Shown: positions 9,555 through 18,578 of the stretch, piece by piece
How the letters are laid out: every line of letters starts with the position of its first letter
How positions within the stretch are numbered: position 1 is the first letter of the stretch
Origin: an uncultured bacterium
GTDB taxonomy: Bacteria > Patescibacteriota > Saccharimonadia > Saccharimonadales > 2-12-FULL-41-12
NCBI GenBank assembly: GCA_963834265.1
Contig: CAWIAU010000001.1
Location: 7,572-71,571 of the forward strand
Length of the DNA stretch: 64,000 nt
Direction of reading: 5' to 3'
The notes under the pieces: model-generated
What the model was told of the DNA's origin: nothing
The model's input: the letters and a program-made list of their open reading frames with translations, nothing else
Databases searched by the model: none
Position numbers and translations under genes: made by a program

Positions 9555-11346
9555 AAAAATTATTCTATTGTTTCTTGGCATTTCACTGCTGCCCCTGCTG
9601 CTTGTAAGTACAATATTTTATTCCAGCGTAAACATCTCGATGCGCAAACAAATAAATGAACATTTGAATAATATTGCTACAATTCAGGAGCACAGACTGA
9701 TCGAAATACGTAACCACAATCTTAGCCGATTATCTGATTTTACAAGCAGGATACATTTACGAAATCTTCTGAATACTTATACTTCCAATGCCGGGACGGC
9801 CCAAATAGAAATTACGGCAATTATTGTTGAAGCAAAAAGTCTGGGTAAAGACGTCAACCTAATTGCGGTTACTGACCCTAATGGTAAAGTCATTGCTTCA
9901 ACCGCACAGGAACATACAGCTACATTATTGCCTTTGAGTGAGTTATTCAAATCAGGCATTAAAGAAAATACTATTAAATTAACGGCGGATACAGAAACAA
10001 AAAATAATGTTTTCTATCTTAGTGGCCCGATCAAACACGCGGATAAAACATTGGGAGTAGTTATTATCGAGATTAATGCTAACGAGTTAACAAAGACTCT
10101 GGCCGATCACACCGGGTTCGGGCGGACAGGAGAAATTTATCTGGGCCAACGCCTGGACAACGGCCAGTTATCATTTTTAACACCGCGCCGTTTTGAAAAT
10201 CCTGAGTCGGGCCAAATTATTACCCAAACTAACGGTCCCATGTACAAAGCACTGACAAACCAAGAGGGTATTTTTCCGAATATAACAGATTACCGTAACC
10301 AAAAGGTAATCGCAACTACGAGAGCAATAGATGGTAGCGGTTGGGGGCTTGTAAGTAAAATTGATAGTTCCGAAGCTTTTCAACCACTCAAAAACCTCCG
10401 TAATGAGTTGATCATGTTGTTCTTTGTAAATTCCGTTATTGTTGTATTCGCGGCAATTGCCCTGGCCAGGAGGTTTACGCAACCGATACTCGAGATTGAT
10501 GAAGTTGCCGAAATAGCGAGCAGGGGTAAACTTGATAAACGTGTTGCCAGCACCTCGAAGGATGAAATCGGAAGCCTTGCACATACATTTAACAAAATGC
10601 TTGATAACATGGAGATTGTTAATAAAGCCAAGAATGACTTTGTATCGCTGGCTTCGCACCAGCTCAGGACACCGCTTACATCTATCAAGTGGTCTGCAGA
10701 ACTCTTAACAGCACCCAAGTCTAGCCTGAGCAAAACTAAGCAAAAGCAATATCTGCAGCAAATATATGACTCGAATGAAAGGATGATTGAGTTAGTAGAG
10801 TCGTTACTGAATGTTTCTAAAATCGATGTTGACAGTTTGCCATCCAAAAGATCATCCGTTGATCTGGCGGATAAGCTTGAGCAGGTACTCACGGATCTCA
10901 GCTCACAAATCCGGACCAGGGAAATCTCTATCAACAAAAAAATCGATGAGAAGATTGTACCAATCACGATTGATCCGAACTGGATACGTATAATCTTACA
11001 GAATTTAATTTCTAATGCTGTCCGCTACAGCGAGCCGAAGCAACAAGTATACATTAGTATAGAAAAAAAACAGACGCACGTACTCATCAAGGTCAAAGAT
11101 AACGGTTGCGGGATTCCTGCTTCTCAGCAAGATGTGATTTTCACGAAGTTCTTCCGGGCTGACAATGCCAAACGCGTTGAAAGCGAAGGCTCAGGAATCG
11201 GCCTCTATCTCACGAAAGCAATGATAGAACGTTCCGGCGGCACTATATGGTTTGAATCTGGTCAGAACAAAGGATCCACATTTTATGTTAAAATTCCTGT
11301 AGCGAATAAAAGCATGGGCGCAAAGGAGAGCAAACGACTTGAGTAA
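9541..11346 (+). CDS. sensor histidine kinase (extracellular sensor domain, HAMP, HisKA, HATPase_c)
   Basis: Two TM helices flank a sensor domain of about 270 aa. H-box SHQLRTPLTS, N-box LISNAVRYS, G-boxes DNGCGIP and GSGIGL. Confidence 0.9.
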   Translation: MRLIEKIILLFLGISLLPLLLVSTIFYSSVNISMRKQINEHLNNIATIQEHRLIEIRNHNLSRLSDFTSRIHLRNLLNTYTSNAGTAQIEITAIIVEAKSLGKDVNLIAVTDPNGKVIASTAQEHTATLLPLSELFKSGIKENTIKLTADTETKNNVFYLSGPIKHADKTLGVVIIEINANELTKTLADHTGFGRTGEIYLGQRLDNGQLSFLTPRRFENPESGQIITQTNGPMYKALTNQEGIFPNITDYRNQKVIATTRAIDGSGWGLVSKIDSSEAFQPLKNLRNELIMLFFVNSVIVVFAAIALARRFTQPILEIDEVAEIASRGKLDKRVASTSKDEIGSLAHTFNKMLDNMEIVNKAKNDFVSLASHQLRTPLTSIKWSAELLTAPKSSLSKTKQKQYLQQIYDSNERMIELVESLLNVSKIDVDSLPSKRSSVDLADKLEQVLTDLSSQIRTREISINKKIDEKIVPITIDPNWIRIILQNLISNAVRYSEPKQQVYISIEKKQTHVLIKVKDNGCGIPASQQDVIFTKFFRADNAKRVESEGSGIGLYLTKAMIERSGGTIWFESGQNKGSTFYVKIPVANKSMGAKESKRLE

Positions 11347-11719
11347 ACCGGCCAAAAAAATACTGATCGTTGAAGACGAAGAACCTTTGTCTAATATCCT
11401 TTGTGATCAACTAACCGGCGAGGGTTTCGATGTTGTCATCGCCCGCAACGGATCAAAGGGAGTGAATATGGCAATATCCGAGAAACCTGATCTGATTCTG
11501 CTGGATATACTACTACCTAAGAAAAGCGGTCTGACCGTAATCAAAGAACTCCACGAGCACAAGGAAACATCATCTATACCTGTCATTATGCTGACCAATC
11601 TGAGTGACACTGACAGCGTAAACGAATCCCTAAACTTTGAAGCATATGATTTTATGGTCAAATCCGACACCAAATTAAGTACTATTGTCGATGCTATCCA
11701 CACCAAATTAAGCGTGTAA
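11339..11719 (+). CDS. single-domain response regulator (CheY-like receiver)
   Basis: The TTG start overlaps the kinase gene end. KILIVEDEE ... DLILLDILLP ... K near the C-terminus; no output domain. Confidence 0.9.
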   Translation: MSKPAKKILIVEDEEPLSNILCDQLTGEGFDVVIARNGSKGVNMAISEKPDLILLDILLPKKSGLTVIKELHEHKETSSIPVIMLTNLSDTDSVNESLNFEAYDFMVKSDTKLSTIVDAIHTKLSV

Positions 11720-11768
11720 TTTTTAGTTCAATTATAATTGTAATCTGTTTATTGTTATACTTTGTATA

Positions 11769-12371
11769 ATGAAAACCAGCATACGAACACTTAAAAATAC
11801 TTTACCGTATATTCTGTCTGTCGGCGGCTTCACCGGCTTATTATCGGCTTTCGTGCTGGCAGTTGAAAAGATAGCCATCATTAAAGACCCGGCATTCCAG
11901 CCATCATGTAATATCAACCCGATCCTGAGTTGCGGCTCTGTGATGATTACCGATCAGGCCGAAGCCTTCGGCTTCCCGAATCCGTTCCTCGGTATTGCCG
12001 GCTTCGCAGCGCTGACTTCAATAGGTCTGGCATTATTGGCCGGAGCTACTTTCAGGCGATGGTTCTGGTTGCTGATTCAGGCTGGCGTATTATTTGCTGT
12101 TGTATTTATCCATTGGTTGATGTTCCAGAGTATTTATAATATTGGTGCGCTCTGCCCATATTGTATGGTTGTCTGGTCTGTTACAATTCCAATTTTCTGG
12201 TATGTAACCTTGTATAATCTGCGCGAAAAAAATATAAGATCCCCCAAGGCTTTCAAAGGAATCTGTGCTTTTGTCCAGAAACATCACGGGGATATTCTGC
12301 TGGTTTGGTTTCTGATTATTATCGGCACCATCCTGGAACATTTCTGGTATTACTGGAAGACTGTACTCTAG
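11769..12371 (+). CDS. vitamin K epoxide reductase (VKOR) family protein
   Basis: Loop Cys pair C-x7-C (CNINPILSC) and the active-site CPYC in a TM helix; 4-5 TM helices. Confidence 0.85.
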   Translation: MKTSIRTLKNTLPYILSVGGFTGLLSAFVLAVEKIAIIKDPAFQPSCNINPILSCGSVMITDQAEAFGFPNPFLGIAGFAALTSIGLALLAGATFRRWFWLLIQAGVLFAVVFIHWLMFQSIYNIGALCPYCMVVWSVTIPIFWYVTLYNLREKNIRSPKAFKGICAFVQKHHGDILLVWFLIIIGTILEHFWYYWKTVL

Positions 12372-12940
12372 TTAGTCGAGTGGACTTTTCGCTCTGTCCG
12401 ATTGTTCCGGGTTTTGGCCAGTTTTTTCTGTCCGTAAAAGATACTGATAGCTCCCAGTGCAACTATGTAGTCCTTAAACGTTTCTCCCCAGTTCTCAGGT
12501 TTCAAAAAGAATTTTTCCGGCGAACTTTTGACTAATGCCTGAGCACTTTCTACTTCAAAGTTCAGAGCTGTTGTGCTGATTACGGCATACTTAAAGGCTT
12601 TTTCGTACAAGGCAGAAGTAACCTCTCCAACTTTTTTGCCCACTATCTGGCGCTTATATCCCACATACGCGCCCAACGCGCCAACTATCAGATGATCAAA
12701 GCTGGTGGCACTTGCATAAGCAACACCATGCAAATTATCAGTTATGCCGCTGGGTCGAACGTATACCACATCAGCAACAGTTGCAGCACCCAGAACCAAA
12801 GCAGTTCCTGCCTGCCCCATTGTCGGAAGCCAGCTTTCGGTATATTCCTGTGCGCCTGCGTCGAGGGGTCTGGTCTGCTCATATGCCAGAGGAGGGGCGG
12901 TCTCAATGACGAGCGGCTGGCCATCTAAAGCTATACTCAC
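12368..12940 (-). CDS. hypothetical protein (190 aa)
   Basis: Longest ORF in a stop-poor stretch, with a GTG start. A minus-strand TATAAT (12954-12949) lies 8 nt upstream, so the mRNA may be leaderless. No motif recognised. Confidence 0.45.
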   Translation of the reverse strand: MSIALDGQPLVIETAPPLAYEQTRPLDAGAQEYTESWLPTMGQAGTALVLGAATVADVVYVRPSGITDNLHGVAYASATSFDHLIVGALGAYVGYKRQIVGKKVGEVTSALYEKAFKYAVISTTALNFEVESAQALVKSSPEKFFLKPENWGETFKDYIVALGAISIFYGQKKLAKTRNNRTERKVHSTN

Positions 12941-12995
12941 TGGCTACAATTATAACAATGAGTATTACCTTTTCCAGCTGGTTTATTCTATATTT

Positions 12996-13036
12996 AAAAA
13001 CTGAAATAAATAAGGCCCTCTCGCAAGGGGCCTTAT
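12996..13036 (-). terminator. intrinsic terminator of the small stress-protein gene
   Basis: A 9-bp stem ATAAGGCCC/GGGCCTTAT (13010-13018 / 13028-13036) is followed on the minus strand by TTATTTCAGTTTTT. Confidence 0.7.
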
Positions 13037-13056
13037 CCATCCTGGGCGGGACTTAC

Positions 13057-13188
13057 CTACATTGTAGGCATTGTACGATGAGTTGTATTACCACCACCTC
13101 TGCTGGCTTTACCGCCTGCACGTGCTACACGTGTCCGTGTTGCCTTGCTTGCGCTCGCGAGTCCTCGCTTTGATTTAGCTTCTGCCAT
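13057..13188 (-). CDS. 43-aa basic protein, KGG-repeat general-stress-protein-like (below ORF-track cutoff)
   Basis: GGAGGTGG RBS 6 nt upstream of the ATG at 13188. MAEAKSKRGLASASKATRTRVARAGGKASRGGGNTTHRTMPTM resembles the RGFA...GGKAS stress-protein motif. A terminator lies downstream. Confidence 0.55.
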   Translation of the reverse strand: MAEAKSKRGLASASKATRTRVARAGGKASRGGGNTTHRTMPTM

Positions 13189-13301
13189 ATATCCACCTCC
13201 CTATGTATTAGTTGATACAGGCTTCCATACGCTCCCGTGGTGCCGTCTGTGGAAGCTCCTACCATAATACTGCTGTAATACCTCTGAGTCTGTGACTTAT
13301 C

Positions 13302-15020
13302 TTACTTTGGGGAAAAAGTATGGAATTTGGTTTTGAACCTTGAGGCCATGCTAAAAACTTCGTGTCGCCATTCGTAAAATGCATAGCCAAGCGCGGCAAT
13401 AACAGCTAGTGTCACAAGGAGCAACCTCGGATTATTCCCTACTGAGCCTGACGGAAGATCCCTGACCTGTGCAATCCCCGCCACACTACCGCCACCCGCA
13501 CTTTTCCGACAACGATTTGTTTCAGGGTTACGTTCCTGACCCTCATCGCAAGGAGTCAGAGAAGAAGCTGTTTGGATAATTGCACGGCAACGATTTGTTT
13601 CAGGGTTACGTTCCTGATCGGCCTTACACGGCACAAGTTCTGAATCAGACGCTCCGATTGAGCGACATCTGTTTGTTTCAGGGTTACGTTCCTGACCGAT
13701 TTTGCAGGCTGTCAGATTCAGCGCAGCTAGCTGTATTAACCGGCAACGATTGGTATCATGATTACGTTCCTGATCCTGACGGCAGGGTGCGAAGCTTACG
13801 ATATTGTTGCTGATGTCCTCTTCGTCGGGAGTATTAATCAGCATAGGAAGATTAGCATTCGCGGGAGTAGGCTGATTGGTATACTGCCATACCCCGTCAA
13901 TGAGCGCCCATGCATTGTTTTCTATTGGCTGCTCATAGCTCGCTGCCAAACTGACAGCTTCACCATTCGGTGCTACGAGCCGTACGCTGGCCGAACTATT
14001 AGGCAGCACCAAACCTGTCTGAGTATCAGAAAATGCCTGATATGCTCCTGACCCTATTATCTGATCGGGCAATGGGTATGATTTGGAGTAGTCAGGACCT
14101 GATTGTAGTATGTAGCCTTTCAAACTTATTGGCCGGTTGTTAGGATTGTATATTTCGATAAATTCGTTCCCCGCATCATAGCTGGTGGCATTTGGCAACA
14201 ATTCAGTGATATACAATGTGGCATTTTCGAGTGGGATAACATTGCAGTTTTCACCATCAGAACTCTCGTAACCGGCAGGGATGCTGGTCTGCAGATCATC
14301 GATATTAAAACAGAGATCAGCCTGACAATTGCCCGCTGCATCTTTCAGATACCCGGCCGGCAATTGTGTTTGTAGTCCATCAATATTTATACAGATATCT
14401 GTCTGTACTATTACTTCGTAGACACTACTGGAGACCAGTACTGGCACGGCAACCTGCCCGAAGTCATCCAGGTTATCATTAGTGTCTTTAAGCGTCGTCT
14501 CGCCAATGCTGACGCGCTGTAAAATGCCGGGGCTTACCGGATTGGCCGCAGCTGTACCTTCTGCAGTACCGCCTCCCCATCCTAATCTGTCAATTTCCAC
14601 ACCGCCGGCATCGAGCAAGCGAATATACCGGTCTTTGCCGGCAATCGAACCTGACGCAAAAGTAATATCGAAGACAGACGCCGGGTAATCAACTTTGAAT
14701 GCACTGCTCGCTGCAACCAGGTAGCCATGAGCCGGTAGCCAGAGTTTAGTATGAGCATCAGGAGCGATCAAACAGCCCAGATTTGCAGAATCTTCTGTCG
14801 TGGCGCCATATTTTAGACACCATCCGGTCGTATCAACCGCTGCCGGGCTGTTGTTGTAGACAGAGATGTATTCTTTATTTGTAAATCCTGTTGCCCCGAC
14901 CTGTAACTGGTAAATCACAGGATTGCCAGCTGCTTGAGCCACTTGAGAAACTAACATCAATAACCCGAGTACTGCGAATACTCCGCTCACCCCCAGCAAG
15001 CTTTTAATCATGCCGTTCAC
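13302..15020 (-). CDS. surface-anchored protein with two lamin-tail (LTD) domains and four Cys-bracketed repeats
   Basis: Signal peptide; LTD-like segments (YISVYNNSPAAVDTTGWCLKY; EFIEIYNPNNRPISLKGYIL); 4x C-x3-QERN(P/H)(E/D)TNRCR; C-terminal TM helix. Confidence 0.8.
   Translation of the reverse strand: MNGMIKSLLGVSGVFAVLGLLMLVSQVAQAAGNPVIYQLQVGATGFTNKEYISVYNNSPAAVDTTGWCLKYGATTEDSANLGCLIAPDAHTKLWLPAHGYLVAASSAFKVDYPASVFDITFASGSIAGKDRYIRLLDAGGVEIDRLGWGGGTAEGTAAANPVSPGILQRVSIGETTLKDTNDNLDDFGQVAVPVLVSSSVYEVIVQTDICINIDGLQTQLPAGYLKDAAGNCQADLCFNIDDLQTSIPAGYESSDGENCNVIPLENATLYITELLPNATSYDAGNEFIEIYNPNNRPISLKGYILQSGPDYSKSYPLPDQIIGSGAYQAFSDTQTGLVLPNSSASVRLVAPNGEAVSLAASYEQPIENNAWALIDGVWQYTNQPTPANANLPMLINTPDEEDISNNIVSFAPCRQDQERNHDTNRCRLIQLAALNLTACKIGQERNPETNRCRSIGASDSELVPCKADQERNPETNRCRAIIQTASSLTPCDEGQERNPETNRCRKSAGGGSVAGIAQVRDLPSGSVGNNPRLLLVTLAVIAALGYAFYEWRHEVFSMASRFKTKFHTFSPK
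13505..13790 (-). repeat. four tandem 75-78-bp coding repeats (core ACGATTTGTTTCAGGGTTACGTTCCTGA)
   Basis: Cores lie at 13512-13539, 13590-13617, about 13665-13695 and 13746-13773. They encode the QERNPETNRC modules of the LTD protein. Confidence 0.9.
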
Positions 15021-15032
15021 TATACTCTATGG

Positions 15033-16496
15033 TTATACTAATTCGCTAATGTTTTTTCCTGATCGGAAATTATATTTAGTTTTATAGTACAAATAAATGA
15101 TGGTGCTCAGACCCAAAACATAACTCGCAATCAGAAGATTACTACTGAATTTCATTTCCCCCGCGGCACCTGGGAAAGCAGCAATTTTCTCAATTATAAA
15201 TGTTGAATACGTTAGCAGTGCTGTGGCCGGCAGGCCAAAAATATGAGCCATGCCCGGTATCAGCAGGCTGCCAGCTCCGGCAATAAACACAAATAGCATT
15301 GCAAACGGAACTACCGGCAATACCAAAATATTAGCCAATAAAGCATACGGCGAGTATTGTCCGAAGACGTAAACAATAATCGGCAACGTCATGATTTGAG
15401 CGCTCAGAGTAGCTATGAATAATTCGCGAATAACGCCTGGCTTTCGATCGCCCCAAAAATAACGATGCAATAAAGGTGCCAGTAATAAAATGCCTGCAAA
15501 GGCGGCAAACGACAGATACCAGCCAATATCTCCCCAAATATAGGCCGGCCTGAACAGCAAGGTCGCAGCTGCCGCGAAAGACAAAAGTATAACCGGATGC
15601 AATTTACGCCCGTAGTACCACGCCAGTAGCCCCAGTCCCGCTACCAGGCCAGCTCGGGACATGCTGGGACTGAGCCCGGTAATTAACATAAATCCGGCAA
15701 TCATCATACCTCCGGCCAGTGTTGCCAGATATTTTGACACGCGACTCAGGATTCTTCGAGCAAACACTACAAGGATCATCAGATTATAGCCACTGGCTAC
15801 AACTACGTGCGTCAGGCCGGTTATGCGAATTTGCTCTTCGAGAGTCTCCGGCAACGCACTTTTCTGTCCCAGCAAATAGCCTGCACCCAGACTGACCTGC
15901 GGCTCCGGAATAGCACGCGCTATCCCGCCGGCAAACCAATCACGAAACTGCCGGCCGATATCCCCGGGGTGTGGTCTTGACACAGCCTCTACCTCAGCAC
16001 GGAACATCGAGGCCTGCAAATTACCGAATCCCTTCAGCAAAATTCCACTAAGCTTCACCTTATCACCTCTTTTTATATCAGACTTACCGAGTACACTTGT
16101 CCATACTTCACCGTCCAAATGCTTATTATTTATTTCAACGTTCCTGATGCGTATTCTCTGATCTACGCGCTCGCCGTAAGTAACGTCCTCTGTGACATTT
16201 CCGCTCAGGATTATCTGCTGACCATAATATGGCCGATACTCTGCGAAGTCCTGAACCACCATATTGCCGCGCGTTAAACCCGTTAACAATCCGGCCGCAA
16301 ATGCCAGACTCAAAAGTATTTTCGGACGCCTGAGCAATGCAATGAAAAGTAGCGAACCTACAACAATATACCACTCCGGACTGTCAAAAAAAGCAGATTT
16401 TATGATGAGACATAGTGCAGTACCGATAATAATTCCTAGTGATAATGCACAAATAAACCAAGAAATATGTGTTTTTTTAGTCAGCCAGTTTTTCAT
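15033..16496 (-). CDS. comEC: ComEC/Rec2 DNA-uptake channel, lacking the C-terminal metallo-beta-lactamase domain
   Basis: 487 aa with an N-terminal OB-fold-like region (DIKRGDKVKLSGIL) and a competence domain (ITGLTHVVVASGYNLMILV) with about 10 TM helices. The ORF ends right after the last TM helices. Confidence 0.85.
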   Translation of the reverse strand: MKNWLTKKTHISWFICALSLGIIIGTALCLIIKSAFFDSPEWYIVVGSLLFIALLRRPKILLSLAFAAGLLTGLTRGNMVVQDFAEYRPYYGQQIILSGNVTEDVTYGERVDQRIRIRNVEINNKHLDGEVWTSVLGKSDIKRGDKVKLSGILLKGFGNLQASMFRAEVEAVSRPHPGDIGRQFRDWFAGGIARAIPEPQVSLGAGYLLGQKSALPETLEEQIRITGLTHVVVASGYNLMILVVFARRILSRVSKYLATLAGGMMIAGFMLITGLSPSMSRAGLVAGLGLLAWYYGRKLHPVILLSFAAAATLLFRPAYIWGDIGWYLSFAAFAGILLLAPLLHRYFWGDRKPGVIRELFIATLSAQIMTLPIIVYVFGQYSPYALLANILVLPVVPFAMLFVFIAGAGSLLIPGMAHIFGLPATALLTYSTFIIEKIAAFPGAAGEMKFSSNLLIASYVLGLSTIIYLYYKTKYNFRSGKNISELV

Positions 16497-17224
16497 AAGA
16501 TAACCTGAGGAAGTTGTTGGTTGGGGCAGGTATCAAGTACCCGATGCATGGCATCGTGCTCGGCCTGGGTAATCCATAATGTGTATTTGGCTTTGACTGC
16601 GATCTGGCGGGCAATGTATTGGCAACGATACGGTTTGTTGGGTGGCAGCCATGTGGCGGCATCGCTATCGCTTTTTTTCTGATTGACAGGACCATCTACT
16701 GCCAGAAGATTCAATGGATCGTTTGCAAACTCCTGCCTGGTCGTGGCAGACAGTTGCTGAGCCCCCTTCTGCCAGGCATCAGATAGTGCAACGACATGAT
16801 CGATCTGGACATCATCGCTTGTATCCCGGCCCCGTACAAAGTTGATCCGATTACCGGTATAAGGATCATCCAGTAATCCACTGATTACTGTGCAGTCTGT
16901 TTCGGAAACAGTTTTGACCTCCGTCATATCGCGCCTGAGTATATGGTTGCGTATATCGCACGCGCCCAGCCGCTGCCAGTCATCATCAAACTGTGCCCTT
17001 TTGTAGTCTGTTCGCGGGGCACGTCCTTTGATAGCCAATTTGCCCAGAGCCTCCACGGCCGATCCTGGCAGCGGCACACCTGCCGTTTGCTCAGTATTGA
17101 CCGATTGCACATTGGTTGGCAGCGCCGGCATCCTGCTTTGCTGCCATGCTTCATAAGCCGCACCCGCACATATAGAAAATGTCACCAATAAAATTACTGC
17201 CAGCCGCCTGCGACGCTCAATCAT
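16493..17224 (-). CDS. secreted DUF1524 (GmrSD C-terminal type, His-Me finger) nuclease
   Basis: Signal peptide; VQIDHVVALSDAWQKGA ... FANDPLNLLAVDGPVNQKKSDSDAATWLPP. Its stop overlaps the comEC start by 4 nt. Confidence 0.8.
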   Translation of the reverse strand: MIERRRRLAVILLVTFSICAGAAYEAWQQSRMPALPTNVQSVNTEQTAGVPLPGSAVEALGKLAIKGRAPRTDYKRAQFDDDWQRLGACDIRNHILRRDMTEVKTVSETDCTVISGLLDDPYTGNRINFVRGRDTSDDVQIDHVVALSDAWQKGAQQLSATTRQEFANDPLNLLAVDGPVNQKKSDSDAATWLPPNKPYRCQYIARQIAVKAKYTLWITQAEHDAMHRVLDTCPNQQLPQVIL

Positions 17225-17227
17225 AAA

Positions 17228-17941
17228 TTATTTTCTTTTTCGATGTGGTACTTTCATACGAGGCAGTATGGCAAAGACTAACAGGAACGCATAGATTACC
17301 GCAAACCCGCACATGATGCTGGTCACACCGGCCAGGCTTTCAGGACTGAGCGTATTAACAACGAGAGTGGGTACGATAAACACACAATATCCGAGTATCA
17401 GCAGATGTAGATTATTCCGTATACGCTTAGACGCTGTTACGGCAAAATAAGCTGACAAAATCAGAGTAAGAAGCAATAAGAAATAATAATAGAGATAGAA
17501 ATATCCGCCCATTTTTCCCGAAAGATGAAAAATAATATAATTGCCTCCACAAACATGAGGATCAAAAGCCTGCGCTGCTAATGCGAAAAAAGCTATCCAG
17601 AAGGCTGCAGCAGCGTAGCCAATCCATTTGAGAACAGGCCATCCACATCTTGAAATTATCTGCATCAGGTGCAGGCCGAGTGCCGGCAGAACAGTAATAG
17701 CGGCAAAGCCGGCACGCGACCAGGGATCGATACCCCCATCCACTTGCCCGCAGACGTTATACTCTGCCAGTTGAAAAAGGCCCAGACAGAACAACATCGC
17801 CACCACCAAGCGCGTGACTACCGTTAACTTATAGCGAAAGACAACATATATCAGAAGACTAATCTCAATGATAAAGGTCGCCAGCATTATGGGCGGCGAG
17901 AAACAATAAAATGTCGTACCGCGTCGGCGGTTTCTGTTCAT
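17228..17941 (-). CDS. 7-TM membrane protein of unknown function, first gene of the comEC operon
   Basis: 237 aa with about 7 hydrophobic helices; 3-nt gap to the nuclease gene. Confidence 0.6.
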   Translation of the reverse strand: MNRNRRRGTTFYCFSPPIMLATFIIEISLLIYVVFRYKLTVVTRLVVAMLFCLGLFQLAEYNVCGQVDGGIDPWSRAGFAAITVLPALGLHLMQIISRCGWPVLKWIGYAAAAFWIAFFALAAQAFDPHVCGGNYIIFHLSGKMGGYFYLYYYFLLLLTLILSAYFAVTASKRIRNNLHLLILGYCVFIVPTLVVNTLSPESLAGVTSIMCGFAVIYAFLLVFAILPRMKVPHRKRK

Positions 17942-17961
17942 GCTTTGATTATATATGATTT

Positions 17962-18411
17962 TTAGCTGTTTTTATGCAGCAAGAAATTCATCCAAGCGTC
18001 CAGATTCTGACGTTGTTTGGATTTAGCTTTTACCTGAGTCTGCGAAGGAGATACAGCTGGTTTGGGCGGCTCAACGGTACGGGCCAGGGCAACGCTGCGA
18101 GGCACAAGGTACAAGCGCTCCCCCGGAGCAGCCTTGCCGAATTGACGGCGGGCAGTCAGTTCCAGATAGTGATCGCTTTCCAGATATTTATTTTTAAGTT
18201 TGAGATTCTCGTTCTCGAGTGCCTGTAATGCTTCCCGTTGTCTGAGCTGAGTTATCTGTTTCTCCAGCTCATAGTTAGTTTGCAGAACCTTCAGACCACT
18301 CCACGATACCAGCAACACAATCACACCAAATACCAACAACCCGAGCACCCGCGCATCAAGCAGCAATCTGGATTTTTGGATTATGGTTTGAGTTTTTATT
18401 TTGGTTATCAT
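17962..18411 (-). CDS. FtsB/DivIC-family septum formation initiator
   Basis: N-terminal TM helix, then a coiled coil (NYELEKQITQLRQREALQALENENLKLKNKYL) and the conserved YLELTARRQFG...PGE segment. Confidence 0.75.
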   Translation of the reverse strand: MITKIKTQTIIQKSRLLLDARVLGLLVFGVIVLLVSWSGLKVLQTNYELEKQITQLRQREALQALENENLKLKNKYLESDHYLELTARRQFGKAAPGERLYLVPRSVALARTVEPPKPAVSPSQTQVKAKSKQRQNLDAWMNFLLHKNS

Positions 18412-18502
18412 TTATATCTATTATTATACAATTGAACACGCTCTGCCGGCAACATCTGCTATACTCTATCTGTTACGCAGACATATATTACTGCGCAATC
18501 AC

Positions 18503-18578
18503 GGGGGTGTAGCTCAGTGGTTAGAGCAGTCGGCTCATAACCGATTGGTCCCTGGTTCAAGTCCAGGCACCCCCACCA
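18503..18578 (+). tRNA. tRNA-Met (anticodon CAT), elongator type; tRNA-Ile2 (lysidine) not excluded
   Basis: 7-bp acceptor stem GGGGGTG/CACCCCC, D arm GCTC-AGTGGTTA-GAGC, anticodon loop CTCATAA, T arm CCTGG-TTCAAGT-CCAGG, encoded ACCA tail. The G1-C72 pair argues against an initiator. Confidence 0.9.

Noticed and set aside
13505-13790. A regularly spaced 28-nt direct repeat with spacers of about 47-50 nt that looks like a short CRISPR array.
   Set aside because: It lies entirely inside the long ORF 13302-15020, the period is a multiple of 3 (75-78 nt), and it translates into four QERNPETNRC protein modules. The spacers are also partly conserved, and no cas genes or leader are present.
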